Source of the DNA: an uncultured delta proteobacterium
GTDB taxonomy: Bacteria > Myxococcota_A > Polyangia > Polyangiales > JAFGIB01
Length of the DNA: 64,000 bases
Assembly (NCBI GenBank): GCA_963778655.1
Contig: CAVZVA010000002.1
Location: forward strand, 256,001-320,000
Reading direction: 5' to 3'
A model generated the notes under the pieces. The model did not search any database and was not told where the DNA came from. It was given only the letters and a program-made list of their open reading frames with translations. A program made the translations under genes and the position numbers. Shown here piece by piece: positions 1-8,472 of the stretch (positions within the stretch are counted from its first letter, which is position 1; each line of letters begins with the position of its first letter).

Positions 1-880
1 CTTCGGTGACGTTGAAGTGGTGCATGTTGTAGATGATCGACGGCGTGGCCGGAAAGCTCAGGTACATGCCCTCATCCTCCGGCGGCTTTTCCAAGGTCTG
101 GGGCGTGCTGTCGTCGGGCCGCTGCTGCCCGCCGAGCACGCCGAGCGAAGGACCCGAGCTCGGATCGAAGAAGCCGGGCAGGGCTTCGCCGCCGCTGCCC
201 TCGATCCAACCGTCGGGCTCGCTCGAGTCGTGCAGCGTGATGATGTTGTGGTGCGAGCCCGTGCGCATTCGGAAGTAGGTGCGGTAGTAGTTGAGCGGCT
301 CGGCATTGTCGGCGTGGCCGCGGTAGTTCTGCGTGATCTCGTCGCCCGGCATCAGCACCCATTCCGCGGGCGGATCGTCGTAGCCGCTGAGGTCGCCGGC
401 CCAGATCTGCTTCCAGTAGGTGGCGACGTCGCCCTGCGGGTGCAGCCCCACCTGCAGGCCCTGGTCCGGTGGCGGCGGCAGGATGCAGAACTGGTCGCCC
501 GGAAACTGGGTCTTGAAGTAGGGCATCGCGTCGATACAGCGCACCGCATAGGGATTGTTGGTGGTGGCGTCGAACGGCTTGCACTTGTTGGGCAGCACGC
601 TGCCGCCGGGGCTGTACTGCAGGCCCTCGAGCGGGAAGCCCTGGCACTCCTCCGGAATCCGGGTGGCCAGCTGCGGCTGCAGGGTGTTGGTACCACCCTG
701 CGAAGCGTCCTGCACCGCGTCCGACGGCACACCGCCGTCGCCGGCAAGCTGTTTGCCCGTGGCCCCCCCATCCGCACGGGCGTGACTCTTGGCGCCGGAC
801 GCAACGCCGTTGGAACCGTCGCCGCCGCAACCCGACCCGAGCGCCGCCGCCAGGCCGATCATCATCCACCGAGACCGCAT
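1..880 (-). CDS. Lipoprotein with copper type II ascorbate-dependent monooxygenase-like domain (runs off left edge)
   Basis: Manually translated from ATG at 880: MRSRWMMIGLAAALGSGC (lipobox-like), later RTGSHHNIITL and IIYNMHHFN His motifs as in the PHM/DBH-like N-terminal Cu domain. Not in the ORF track because the stop lies outside the window. Confidence 0.65.
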   Translation of the reverse strand, partial: MRSRWMMIGLAAALGSGCGGDGSNGVASGAKSHARADGGATGKQLAGDGGVPSDAVQDASQGGTNTLQPQLATRIPEECQGFPLEGLQYSPGGSVLPNKCKPFDATTNNPYAVRCIDAMPYFKTQFPGDQFCILPPPPDQGLQVGLHPQGDVATYWKQIWAGDLSGYDDPPAEWVLMPGDEITQNYRGHADNAEPLNYYRTYFRMRTGSHHNIITLHDSSEPDGWIEGSGGEALPGFFDPSSGPSLGVLGGQQRPDDSTPQTLEKPPEDEGMYLSFPATPSIIYNMHHFNVTE

Positions 881-924
881 GGCCCCAACCCCTCGTGCAC
901 AGCCGCCCGTTGGGCCGCCCGACT

Positions 925-953
925 GTGTTACTAAGTTACCTGAACCCGGTCAA
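925..953 (-). promoter_or_regulatory. Possible sigma70-type promoter
   Basis: Minus strand TTGACC-N17-TAACAC, about 45 nt upstream of the ATG at 880. Confidence 0.35.
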
Positions 954-1053
954 CCAGCGCGGCCCGCGTCCGGGACACTTCCGAGCGCCGCGATCGCAGG
1001 CGCGCCGGAGGCGCGAGCTTCAGGGAGCGCGGCCGGGCTGCGACGCGCCCTTG

Positions 1054-1755
1054 TCACGGCCCCGGGGCGCCCGCGCAGATCCAGTTGCGCACGGCCGCCA
1101 GACGCGCCTCCTCCCACAGCATGGCAGTGCCCGAATTGGGCATGCGGATGCCATAGGGCTGCCCCGCATTCTGGTTGCAGGTCAGGTTCATGCCCCAGGC
1201 CGGATCGCCGGTCAGTGAAGCGTCGAGCATGACCGGCGCGGTCAGCTTGAGCCACAGGTAGCTGTGGTTGAGCGCGGCGTCGCCGCCACTGCCATCCACC
1301 AGCGGCAGGTTGGGCGCCTCGCACGAGGCCACGCCGACCATCGCGGTCCGGATGTCGGCGACGTTGAGCAGGTTGAGGTGCGCGCGCGGATTGCCGCCGG
1401 CGTGACAGCTGGAGAATGCACAGGTCGTCGCCGAGGCGAGCACGTCGTGCGCGGCCATGTGCAGCGCCGCTGGGGCAGCCGTGGTGTCGGCAGCCGAGCA
1501 GCCTGCCACCGGCGCTCCACCGCCCATGCCCGCCGTGCCGCCGCCGCCGCCCACGCCGCCGGTGCCGGGCGTCACGCCGCCGGTGCCGGGCGTCACGCCG
1601 CCGGTGCCCGGGGCCACGCCGCCGGTGCCCGGGGCCACGCCGCCCGTCCCAGGGTACACACCGCCGGTACCCCCGGGTTGGATTACGTTCCCGTCACTCT
1701 TCTTGCAGCCCACGAGCGCCGCCAGCGCGAGCGCACAAACCATCGCCTTTCGCAT
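1054..1755 (-). CDS. Lipoprotein with Gly/Thr repeat tether and atypical c-type heme motif
   Basis: Lipobox LVGC; (PGTGGV)n linker; CAFSSCH (CX4CH) and distal RMP; GGAG upstream. Confidence 0.75.
   Translation of the reverse strand: MRKAMVCALALAALVGCKKSDGNVIQPGGTGGVYPGTGGVAPGTGGVAPGTGGVTPGTGGVTPGTGGVGGGGGTAGMGGGAPVAGCSAADTTAAPAALHMAAHDVLASATTCAFSSCHAGGNPRAHLNLLNVADIRTAMVGVASCEAPNLPLVDGSGGDAALNHSYLWLKLTAPVMLDASLTGDPAWGMNLTCNQNAGQPYGIRMPNSGTAMLWEEARLAAVRNWICAGAPGP
1552..1677. repeat. About six 21-bp tandem coding repeats (xPGTGGV)
   Basis: cacgccgccggtgccgggcgt x2, cacgccgccggtgcccggggc x2, then two degenerate copies. Confidence 0.9.
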
Positions 1756-1953
1756 GCTCTCCGCTCCTTGAGACCTATTGGGCCAGCAGGCTCGCGGCGT
1801 TGGGGATCGCCGCTACCCGCGCGTCGCTCGGCCCGACCACTGACCCACACAGCACCTTACAACTGTCGAACCGTATCCGCCCGGCGCCATGCGCGCAACG
1901 CCCTTCGCAGGCGGGCCCCTGCGGCCTGATGCCACAGCGAGCTTGAGCAATGC

Positions 1954-2811
1954 TCAAAACGAATACTGCGCTTGATACGCGTGACAGCCGGCGCAGCTCG
2001 CGAGAAAGACGGCGTACACGTTCGCGCGGTCCTCCAGGCTCTCGGCTTCGCCCGCGCGCTGGCCGAGCGCGCGCACCTGCAGCAAGGCCTCGCTGAAACG
2101 GGGAGGCAGCGGCGGATCGGTGCGCGGCGGCGCTTCCGGCGCCTGCGCGAGCGCCTTGGCGCCGTCTCGCCACGACTGGTCGGAAGGCCCGGTCAGTCCT
2201 TCCCACATCCGATCGGCGGCCCACATGTGACGCGCCATGCGCGCGCCGAACGTGTCGCTGGTCGCGGCGCCCGAGCGTGGCGAGCTGCCGACGAAGACCG
2301 GACCCTGGCCGTGCTCGCGGTGACATTCGCCGCAGATGCGGCCCATCGTCGCCACGCCGGTCGCAGCCAGGTCGAGCGTCTTGGCATCGGCGGTCAGACG
2401 CGCGGCCTGCTGCAGCTTGGCGATCGCGCTCAGCCAACCGCCCGGCGCGACCGACGCGTACGGATAGCTCGCAAGCGCGCGCAACGGCCGCCGCAGGGCG
2501 TCGAGGTTGCCGTTGATGACCGCATCGCGCGCCCAGGTCGCCACCGCGAAGTGCTCGGCCATGAACTCCGTGATGTCCTCGCTGCCGACCGGCGGCGGGC
2601 TCGGCAGCGGCTGGCTCGCCGCGCTCGGGTGCGGCTCGCTGCCGCCGCGCGCAGGCGCGCCCGGCGCGGCGTTGTGCGCGGGCGGGGGCGTCGTGCTCGC
2701 AGCCGGCCGCGAGGGCGGGGCGTGCCCGCAGCCCAAGAGCGCGGCCAGCGCGAGCCATCCGGGCGCGGCCCGCGCGCGCGCCCAGAGCGCGCACTGGAAT
2801 GGATCTCCCAT
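1954..2811 (-). CDS. Diheme cytochrome c (cytochrome c'-like helical) lipoprotein
   Basis: Lipobox-like LLGC, Pro-rich linker, two CxxCH motifs (CGECH, CAGCH), each ending a helical repeat that begins with MxxH; start uncertain. Confidence 0.75.
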   Translation of the reverse strand: MGDPFQCALWARARAAPGWLALAALLGCGHAPPSRPAASTTPPPAHNAAPGAPARGGSEPHPSAASQPLPSPPPVGSEDITEFMAEHFAVATWARDAVINGNLDALRRPLRALASYPYASVAPGGWLSAIAKLQQAARLTADAKTLDLAATGVATMGRICGECHREHGQGPVFVGSSPRSGAATSDTFGARMARHMWAADRMWEGLTGPSDQSWRDGAKALAQAPEAPPRTDPPLPPRFSEALLQVRALGQRAGEAESLEDRANVYAVFLASCAGCHAYQAQYSF

Positions 2812-2869
2812 CGCCCGATGAGATATGCGCAGGCGCGGTGCGCGCCAGCTACGCAACCGCGCCAGCCGC

Positions 2870-3658
2870 TCAAGACGGCAGCGCTTGCGCGCGCGGCAGC
2901 AACAGCCGCGGCAGCAGATCGCCGGCCGATCCGCACAGCAGCGCATCGGCCAGGTCATCCATCTCGGTCGCTTCCTGGTTGACGATCACCACGCGCGCGC
3001 CGTGGCGCTTGGCCAGCGGCACCACGGAGGCGATCGGATAGACCGACAAGGTCGAGCCCACCGCCAGCAGCAAGTCGCAGCTGCGCGCCGCGAGATCGGC
3101 TCGCGCCAGGTCTTGCTGGACCAGCGACTGGCCGAACGAGATCGTCGCCGACTTGAGGATACCGCCGCAGCTGCGGCAAGGCGGGTCGGCCTCGCCTGCG
3201 CGCACGCGCTCCAGCGCGCGCTGCATCGGCGCACGCTCGCCGCAGCTCAAGCAGGTCACCTCGTGGATCGTGCCGTGGATCTCGATCACGCGCTGCGGGG
3301 AGCTGCCGGCCTTCTGGTGCAGGCCGTCGATGTTCTGGGTGATCAAGCCGTGGAGCTTGCCGCTGCGCTCGAGCTCGACCAGCGCGTGGTGCGCCGCGTT
3401 CGGCTGCGCATCGAAGACCGGGGAGCGCAGCCGGCTCTGCCAGGCGCGCCTGCGCACGTCGGGATCCGCCAGGTAATGGCTGAGCGTCGCGAGCTTCTCT
3501 GCGCCCGGGTTCTTGGTCCACACGCCCTGGGGTCCGCGGAAGTCGGGGATCCCCGACTCGGTGGAAATGCCGGCTCCGGTCAGCACGAGCACGCGCTGAG
3601 CGACCTCGAGCCAGCTCCTCACGCGTTCGACCGCCGCCGTGACGTCGCCCGCTTCCAC
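2870..3658 (-). CDS. cobB: NAD-dependent protein deacylase, Sir2/CobB family
   Basis: GAGISTESGIPDFRG, TQNIDGLH, HG, two CxxC Zn-finger pairs, GSTLSVYP. Confidence 0.92.
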   Translation of the reverse strand: MEAGDVTAAVERVRSWLEVAQRVLVLTGAGISTESGIPDFRGPQGVWTKNPGAEKLATLSHYLADPDVRRRAWQSRLRSPVFDAQPNAAHHALVELERSGKLHGLITQNIDGLHQKAGSSPQRVIEIHGTIHEVTCLSCGERAPMQRALERVRAGEADPPCRSCGGILKSATISFGQSLVQQDLARADLAARSCDLLLAVGSTLSVYPIASVVPLAKRHGARVVIVNQEATEMDDLADALLCGSAGDLLPRLLLPRAQALPS

Positions 3659-3739
3659 GCCCCGTCTTGTAGCTGTGCGCGGACAGCCGACGCAACCCGG
3701 CCGCGGGCCCGTGCGCTCGCTCAGGCCAACGCGCGGAGC

Positions 3740-4129
3740 TCAGCCCTCCGCGTCCAGCGCGATCTCCATCACGACGCGCCTGCGCTTGCGGCCGCTGAGC
3801 GCGGAGAAGAAGTTGCCCGCACGCATCTTCCAGCCGTACTTGCGCGTGAGCGCGGCATAGGCACGGGCCTCGTGCTCGGCGTCGCTGACCAGCTGGCAGC
3901 GCCCCTGCAGCCACGGCCCGAGCAGCCCCCCGCGCAGATCGCAGCGCGCCACCTGCACGCTGGGGTTTCTGCCCACGCGCTTGACCTTGTAGCTCTCGCG
4001 CAGCGTGAACAGCACGAGCTTGCCGTCCAGCGGCGCGCACCATACGGGGGTGTCGACTGCGCCACCGTCGCGCTTGAAGCTGCGAAGATTGATGTATTCG
4101 GCGTCGTCCAGCGGCGTGCCCGAGGTCAT
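3740..4129 (-). CDS. PPOX class (F420/FMN split-barrel) oxidoreductase
   Basis: YINLRSFKRDG..VDTPVW, KVKRVGRNPSV, RKYGW pattern. Confidence 0.8.
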   Translation of the reverse strand: MTSGTPLDDAEYINLRSFKRDGGAVDTPVWCAPLDGKLVLFTLRESYKVKRVGRNPSVQVARCDLRGGLLGPWLQGRCQLVSDAEHEARAYAALTRKYGWKMRAGNFFSALSGRKRRRVVMEIALDAEG

Positions 4130-4157
4130 GCGGGGATGATGAGGCCGCAGCGGTGGC

Positions 4158-4195
4158 AAAAAAAAGGCCCGCGCCGGGAGAGAGGCGCGGGCCTT
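4158..4195 (-). terminator. Rho-independent terminator
   Basis: Stem aaggcccgcgcc/ggcgcgggcctt with an 8-nt loop, ending in U8 on the minus strand. Confidence 0.85.
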
Positions 4196-4240
4196 GGGGG
4201 GTGGGGTGTTTGGGAGATGCGTTGGCTAACTCAAGACTGA
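4158..4240 (-). ncRNA. Candidate small RNA with C-rich single-stranded tract
   Basis: The terminator has no upstream minus-strand CDS; AT-rich promoter-like block at 4245-4295 includes TGcTAGGAT (extended -10); 5' end is approximate. Confidence 0.5.
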
Positions 4241-4426
4241 TCTCATCCTAGCACTTATATTGTAACTATCCATCTAAAACGTAATTTCTTGCAAGCCGAA
4301 TCGCATGCGCCGGGCTGGCCTCGGGTTGTGGGGCGCTGTGAGTTGCGGCGCTGTAGACGCGCCCTATGTTGAGGACCGAGGCCTCGGCCGAGCTCAGCCT
4401 GCGCCCCGAGGGGCGCGAAAGGACCC

Positions 4427-5128
4427 ATGTTTTTCGATCCGACCTACCTCGTGCTCGTCATGCTGCCCGGGCTTCTGCTGAGCCTGTGGGCGAGCTTCAA
4501 GGTCAAGTCCACGTTTCATCACTACAGCCAGGTGCGGCCGCGCAGTGGGCTCAGCGGCGCCGAGGCCGCGCGCGAGCTGCTGCGGCGCAACGGCGTGCTC
4601 GACGTTCGGATCGAGCCGATCGAGGGCTTCCTCTCCGACCACTACGACCCCGGCGCCAAGGTGCTGCGGCTGTCGCCGGACGTCTACCACGGCCGCTCGC
4701 TGGCCGCGCTCGGGGTCGCGGCGCACGAAGCCGGGCACGCGCTGCAGCACGCCGCCCGCTACGCGCCGCTCAGCTTTCGCTCGCTGGTGGTCAAGCCGGC
4801 GATGTTCGGCTCGAATCTGGGCATGTACGTGGCCTTCGGAGGCCTGGCCCTGCACCTGAGCTCGATGATCTGGGTGGGCATCGTGTTGTTCTCGGCCTTC
4901 GTGCTGTTCACGCTGGTGACGCTGCCGGTCGAGCTCGACGCGTCCAACCGGGCGGTCGCGGTGCTGGAGCAGTCGGGCATGATCACCGCGCAGGAAGTGG
5001 CGGGCACAAAAAAGGTGCTGACCGCGGCCGCGCTCACCTACGTGGCCGCGGCCATCGCCGCCGTGCTACAGCTGCTCTATCTGCTGTGGCGCGCCGGCCT
5101 CCTGGGCGGCCAGCGCAGTCAGGACTGA
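4427..5128 (+). CDS. Membrane zinc metallopeptidase (YugP / Zn_peptidase_2 family)
   Basis: LSDHYDP, AAHEAGHALQH, TLPVELDASNRA, AAALTYVA. Confidence 0.92.
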   Translation: MFFDPTYLVLVMLPGLLLSLWASFKVKSTFHHYSQVRPRSGLSGAEAARELLRRNGVLDVRIEPIEGFLSDHYDPGAKVLRLSPDVYHGRSLAALGVAAHEAGHALQHAARYAPLSFRSLVVKPAMFGSNLGMYVAFGGLALHLSSMIWVGIVLFSAFVLFTLVTLPVELDASNRAVAVLEQSGMITAQEVAGTKKVLTAAALTYVAAAIAAVLQLLYLLWRAGLLGGQRSQD

Positions 5129-5133
5129 ACACC

Positions 5134-5484
5134 ATGCCGCTCGACTCGCGCAGTCTGGCTCGATTCGCGGGCGTGCTCGCTCTAACGCTGCTGTCGGCGC
5201 GCGCCCGCGCCGGCACGCTGGATGACGGCGAGCGCGAGGCTCCGAAGAACCCGAAGTGTATTCAAGTGCACGTGCACGCACCCTATCGGGCCTACGGCTA
5301 CGACCATGTGGTCGAGATCGTGAACGACTGCGACAAGGCCTTCACCTGCAGCGTCAAGACCGACGTGAACCCGGAGCCGACCAGCGTCAGCGTCCCGGCA
5401 CACGAGACGCGTAGCGTGATCACGTTCAAGGGCTCACCGGCGCGTGAGTTCAAGCCCGACGTGCAGTGTAAGCCCGATTCGTGA
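5134..5484 (+). CDS. Small secreted Cys-containing hypothetical protein
   Basis: Signal peptide ending ARA; 4 Cys; codon usage typical of the window; 3' part of ORF 4366..5484. Confidence 0.7.
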   Translation: MPLDSRSLARFAGVLALTLLSARARAGTLDDGEREAPKNPKCIQVHVHAPYRAYGYDHVVEIVNDCDKAFTCSVKTDVNPEPTSVSVPAHETRSVITFKGSPAREFKPDVQCKPDS

Positions 5485-5536
5485 GCCGGGCGGCGCCCCC
5501 GTCGCTGGCGCCTGGCCCGCCGTGGTACGCTTGATC

Positions 5537-6259
5537 GTGTCCTCGGATAGGCCGAACAGCGGAGAGCGTACGCGCATCCTCGTGCTGCCGGACGGCTTGC
5601 TCGGTCCCGAGCTGGGCGAAAGCTTCCTCGACCGCCGCTCGCTCTCGCTGCGCAGCGCGGGCGATGTGGCGGAAGCGCTGGCGATCGCGGAGCTATGGCG
5701 CCCCAACCTGGTGGTGTTCAGCGCCGAGCTTCGCGCCGAGGTCGGCAGCTTCTTCGCCGGGCTGCGCGGCAACGGCCGGCGCGAGCCGCCGAAGCTGCTG
5801 ATGGTCACCGACCGGCTGCACGAGCATCAGGCGCTGGTCGCGGACGCCGCCTGCGACGCGCACCTGGTCAGCCCGCTGGACGTCGACCAGCTGCTCTCCA
5901 CCATCGCAGAGCTGCTGGGCATCGAGCGGCGCAGTTGCGAGCGCGTTCCGATCGACGTGCTGGTGCACACCGAAGGCTTCGTCGGCGAAGGTGCGGCTGT
6001 AGACTCGGGGCTGGCGAGCACGCTCAGTCTCTGCGAGGAGAGCATCCTGGTCGAGGCGAGCCGCCAGCTCGTGCTGCACGCGCGCGGACGGCTCCAGTTC
6101 TTCTTGCCCGGCTCGGCCGAGCGGCTCTCGCTCGAAGGCATCGTGCGCGTGAGCGTGGACGAGGTGCGGCTGATCTATGTGATCGAGCTGGTCGACCTTG
6201 CGCCGCAGCACCGAGCGCTGATCCGCCGCTACGTGGAGTCGCAGCGAGAAGCGGCATGA
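5537..6259 (+). CDS. Pseudo-receiver domain fused to PilZ-like domain
   Basis: REC-like fold pattern (RILVL..PNLVVF..DAHLVSPLDVDQLL) lacking the phospho-Asp; C-terminal RSCER (RxxxR) and beta-barrel/helix pattern of PilZ; start uncertain. Confidence 0.7.
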   Translation: MSSDRPNSGERTRILVLPDGLLGPELGESFLDRRSLSLRSAGDVAEALAIAELWRPNLVVFSAELRAEVGSFFAGLRGNGRREPPKLLMVTDRLHEHQALVADAACDAHLVSPLDVDQLLSTIAELLGIERRSCERVPIDVLVHTEGFVGEGAAVDSGLASTLSLCEESILVEASRQLVLHARGRLQFFLPGSAERLSLEGIVRVSVDEVRLIYVIELVDLAPQHRALIRRYVESQREAA

Positions 6260-7401
6260 GGACGATCGGCATCGACCTCGGCACCACCAACACGGTCGCC
6301 GCGATCGACGGCACCACGATTCAGCACGCCGCGGGGCTGGAGAGCTCGACCATTCTGCCGTCGGTGGTGGCGTTTCCGCCGAGCGGGGTGGCGCTCACCG
6401 GTGCGATCGCGAAGAAGCGCCGCCCGATCGACCCCAAGAACACCATCTACAGCGCCAAACGGCTGATGGGTCAGCGCTGGCTCTCGTATGCGGCGACGCA
6501 CTTCCGCAAGTACTATCCATTCGAGCTGATCGAAACCAAGACCGGGACCTGCGCCTTCAAGACCCGTGCCGGCGTGCACACGCCGAGCGAAGTCGGCGCC
6601 AAGCTGCTGGAGAAGATCTTCGCCGCCAGACCCACGCTGCGCTCGAGCGTGGTGGCCGCGGTGGCGGTGCCGGCGGCGTTCGACGGGCCGGCGCGCGAGG
6701 CGACGCACAAGGCGGCCCAGCTCGCGGGCGTCGAGCACGTCAGCATCGTCGACGAGCCGGTGGCCACGGCCGTGGCCTACGCGACCGCCCGCAACGAGCG
6801 GCCGCGCTACGCGGCCGTCTACGACTTGGGCGGCGGTACCTTCGATCTGGCGATCGTGGACTGCAGCGGCGCGGAGGCGCGCGTGATCCGCCACGCCGGC
6901 GACCCCTACCTCGGCGGCGACGACATCGACCGCGTGATCTCGGATTGGGCGGCCGAACAGGTGCTCGCACGGCACGGTTGGGACCTGCGGGCCGACCCGG
7001 AGGTGCTCGATCGCCTGGTGATGCAGTGCGAGCACGCGAAGATCGAGCTGTGCACGGCGCAGTCAGCGCAGATCGAGCTCTCCCAGGTCGATCCGGCAGC
7101 GCCGATGGCGGCCAACAGCCTCACCCTCGATCGGGCCAAGCTCAACGAGCTGGCCCAGCCCCTGGTCGGCCGCACCTTCTTGCTGTGCGACCAGGTGCTG
7201 CGCGCGGCCGGGCTCGGTGCCAGCGACCTCGACACGGTCTACCTGGCGGGAGGAGCCACCTTGATGCCGCTGGTGCGAGACGGCGTCGCCCACTACTTCG
7301 GGAAGCTGCCGCGCTGCGAGCTCGACCCGATGGAGGTCGTGGCGGTCGGCGCGAGCCTGATGACCGGCCGGGAGCGGCCCGTATCCCCCAACGATTGGTG
7401 A
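6256..7401 (+). CDS. Hsp70-family protein, nucleotide-binding domain only (381 aa)
   Basis: GIDLGTTNT, DEPVATA, YDLGGGTFD, LGGDDID, LAGGATLMP, DPMEVVAVGA, then stop; ATGA overlap with upstream gene. Confidence 0.88.
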   Translation: MRTIGIDLGTTNTVAAIDGTTIQHAAGLESSTILPSVVAFPPSGVALTGAIAKKRRPIDPKNTIYSAKRLMGQRWLSYAATHFRKYYPFELIETKTGTCAFKTRAGVHTPSEVGAKLLEKIFAARPTLRSSVVAAVAVPAAFDGPAREATHKAAQLAGVEHVSIVDEPVATAVAYATARNERPRYAAVYDLGGGTFDLAIVDCSGAEARVIRHAGDPYLGGDDIDRVISDWAAEQVLARHGWDLRADPEVLDRLVMQCEHAKIELCTAQSAQIELSQVDPAAPMAANSLTLDRAKLNELAQPLVGRTFLLCDQVLRAAGLGASDLDTVYLAGGATLMPLVRDGVAHYFGKLPRCELDPMEVVAVGASLMTGRERPVSPNDW

Positions 7402-7579
7402 GTCGCACCGTGTCCACAGTCGGGGATATATCCCGATCGCTGGTGCGCACATGCGCAGAGGTCTGCCTACAGCGCTTTTTTGCGCACCCGGAAGCAGGCA
7501 TTTAATGAAGTGTTTACCGCTAGTTACGCGCATGCTCTCGCATCCGGAACAAAGCTGTGCGACAAAGGGCCACACGACT

Positions 7580-7609
7580 CCAACAGATCGTCACGCGAGG
7601 CGCATTAAG
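7580..7609 (+). promoter_or_regulatory. Putative ECF promoter, motif A copy
   Basis: ccaACAGATCG-N11-GCATTAAg; same spacing as the copies at 26445-26474 and 28272-28301. Confidence 0.5.
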
Positions 7610-7653
7610 CTCAGGAGACGCTTGGGTCGAGCAGCAAGGGACGCATCAGCCGT

Positions 7654-8268
7654 ATGCAGCAACAGGTCACCGGGTCGCATCTTCCAGTTTCGGCACCAAC
7701 CCGCACGCGCAGCGCGCGGCCGCTCGGTGCGGTAGAGGCGGGCTTCATCCAGAACTGGGGCGCGCTCGCTCGCTCCTTCGGCATGGATCCCGTGCTCGGG
7801 CGCGTGCACGCCCTGGCGTTCCTGTGCGCGGAGGCGATCAGCACCGAGCTGGTGGCCGACACCCTCGGGCTCGAGCTGGAGCAGGCGAGCAGCTGCCTGG
7901 CGAGCCTGCAGCGCTGGGGCGCGGTGCGGGAGGTCGGCGCCGGCAGCGACGACGAGCGCTTGTTCGAGGCCGACGGGGATCCCTGGTCGTGGTTCCTGGT
8001 CACACTCAAGGACCGCGGGCGCCGCGAATTCGGGCCGCTGCTGCAGGCCTTCCGCGAGGCCAACGCGCGGGCGCAGGAGCTGCGCGGCTCGCTGCACCCG
8101 GGCGCCCGGGCCGAGCTGCGGGCGATCGAGCGGATCGCGCGTTTCAGCGAGTTCGTGGACCAGATCGCGGGCCTGATCGAGACCTTCGCGAATCTGGGCG
8201 CCGGCCCGATGATGGCCGCGATGCGGATGGTCGCCAGGGTGCGCTCGCCGCGGCTCGCGCGCATCTGA
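7654..8268 (+). CDS. GbsR/MarR-family transcriptional regulator
   Basis: FIQNWGALARSFGMDPVLGRVHAL followed by a winged HTH (LASLQRWGAV) and FEADGDPW. Confidence 0.8.
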   Translation: MQQQVTGSHLPVSAPTRTRSARPLGAVEAGFIQNWGALARSFGMDPVLGRVHALAFLCAEAISTELVADTLGLELEQASSCLASLQRWGAVREVGAGSDDERLFEADGDPWSWFLVTLKDRGRREFGPLLQAFREANARAQELRGSLHPGARAELRAIERIARFSEFVDQIAGLIETFANLGAGPMMAAMRMVARVRSPRLARI

Positions 8269-8472
8269 CCGTCGAGCGCGCATGCGCCAGGCGGCGGCGC
8301 ACCGCCATTCGAGCGCTGCAGGCGCCGGTGCGTACCGCGCGCGGTCTACCCGACTCCAGCCATTTTCAGCCGGCGCGCGGCATGGCGCGGGTCGACCTTC
8401 GCGCGGGGTGAGGTAGCCTGCGCCAGGCCGCGGCGGCGCTGGGCCGCCCGCGTGACTGCACAGGAGCGAGCG

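Noticed and set aside
2870..3658. Sir2 anti-phage effector (Thoeris/DSR type)
   Set aside because: Has the Zn-finger and size of a housekeeping CobB deacylase, with no defence genes nearby
7620..7653. c-di-GMP-I riboswitch (GGGACGCA seen)
   Set aside because: No upstream GGCAAA/GNRA P2 stem, and no room for P3 before the start codon
8269..8472. ZMP/ZTP riboswitch upstream of purH
   Set aside because: I could not find the conserved GACUGGCG / CGCCUGGG pseudoknot elements in the expected order; an Infernal search would settle it
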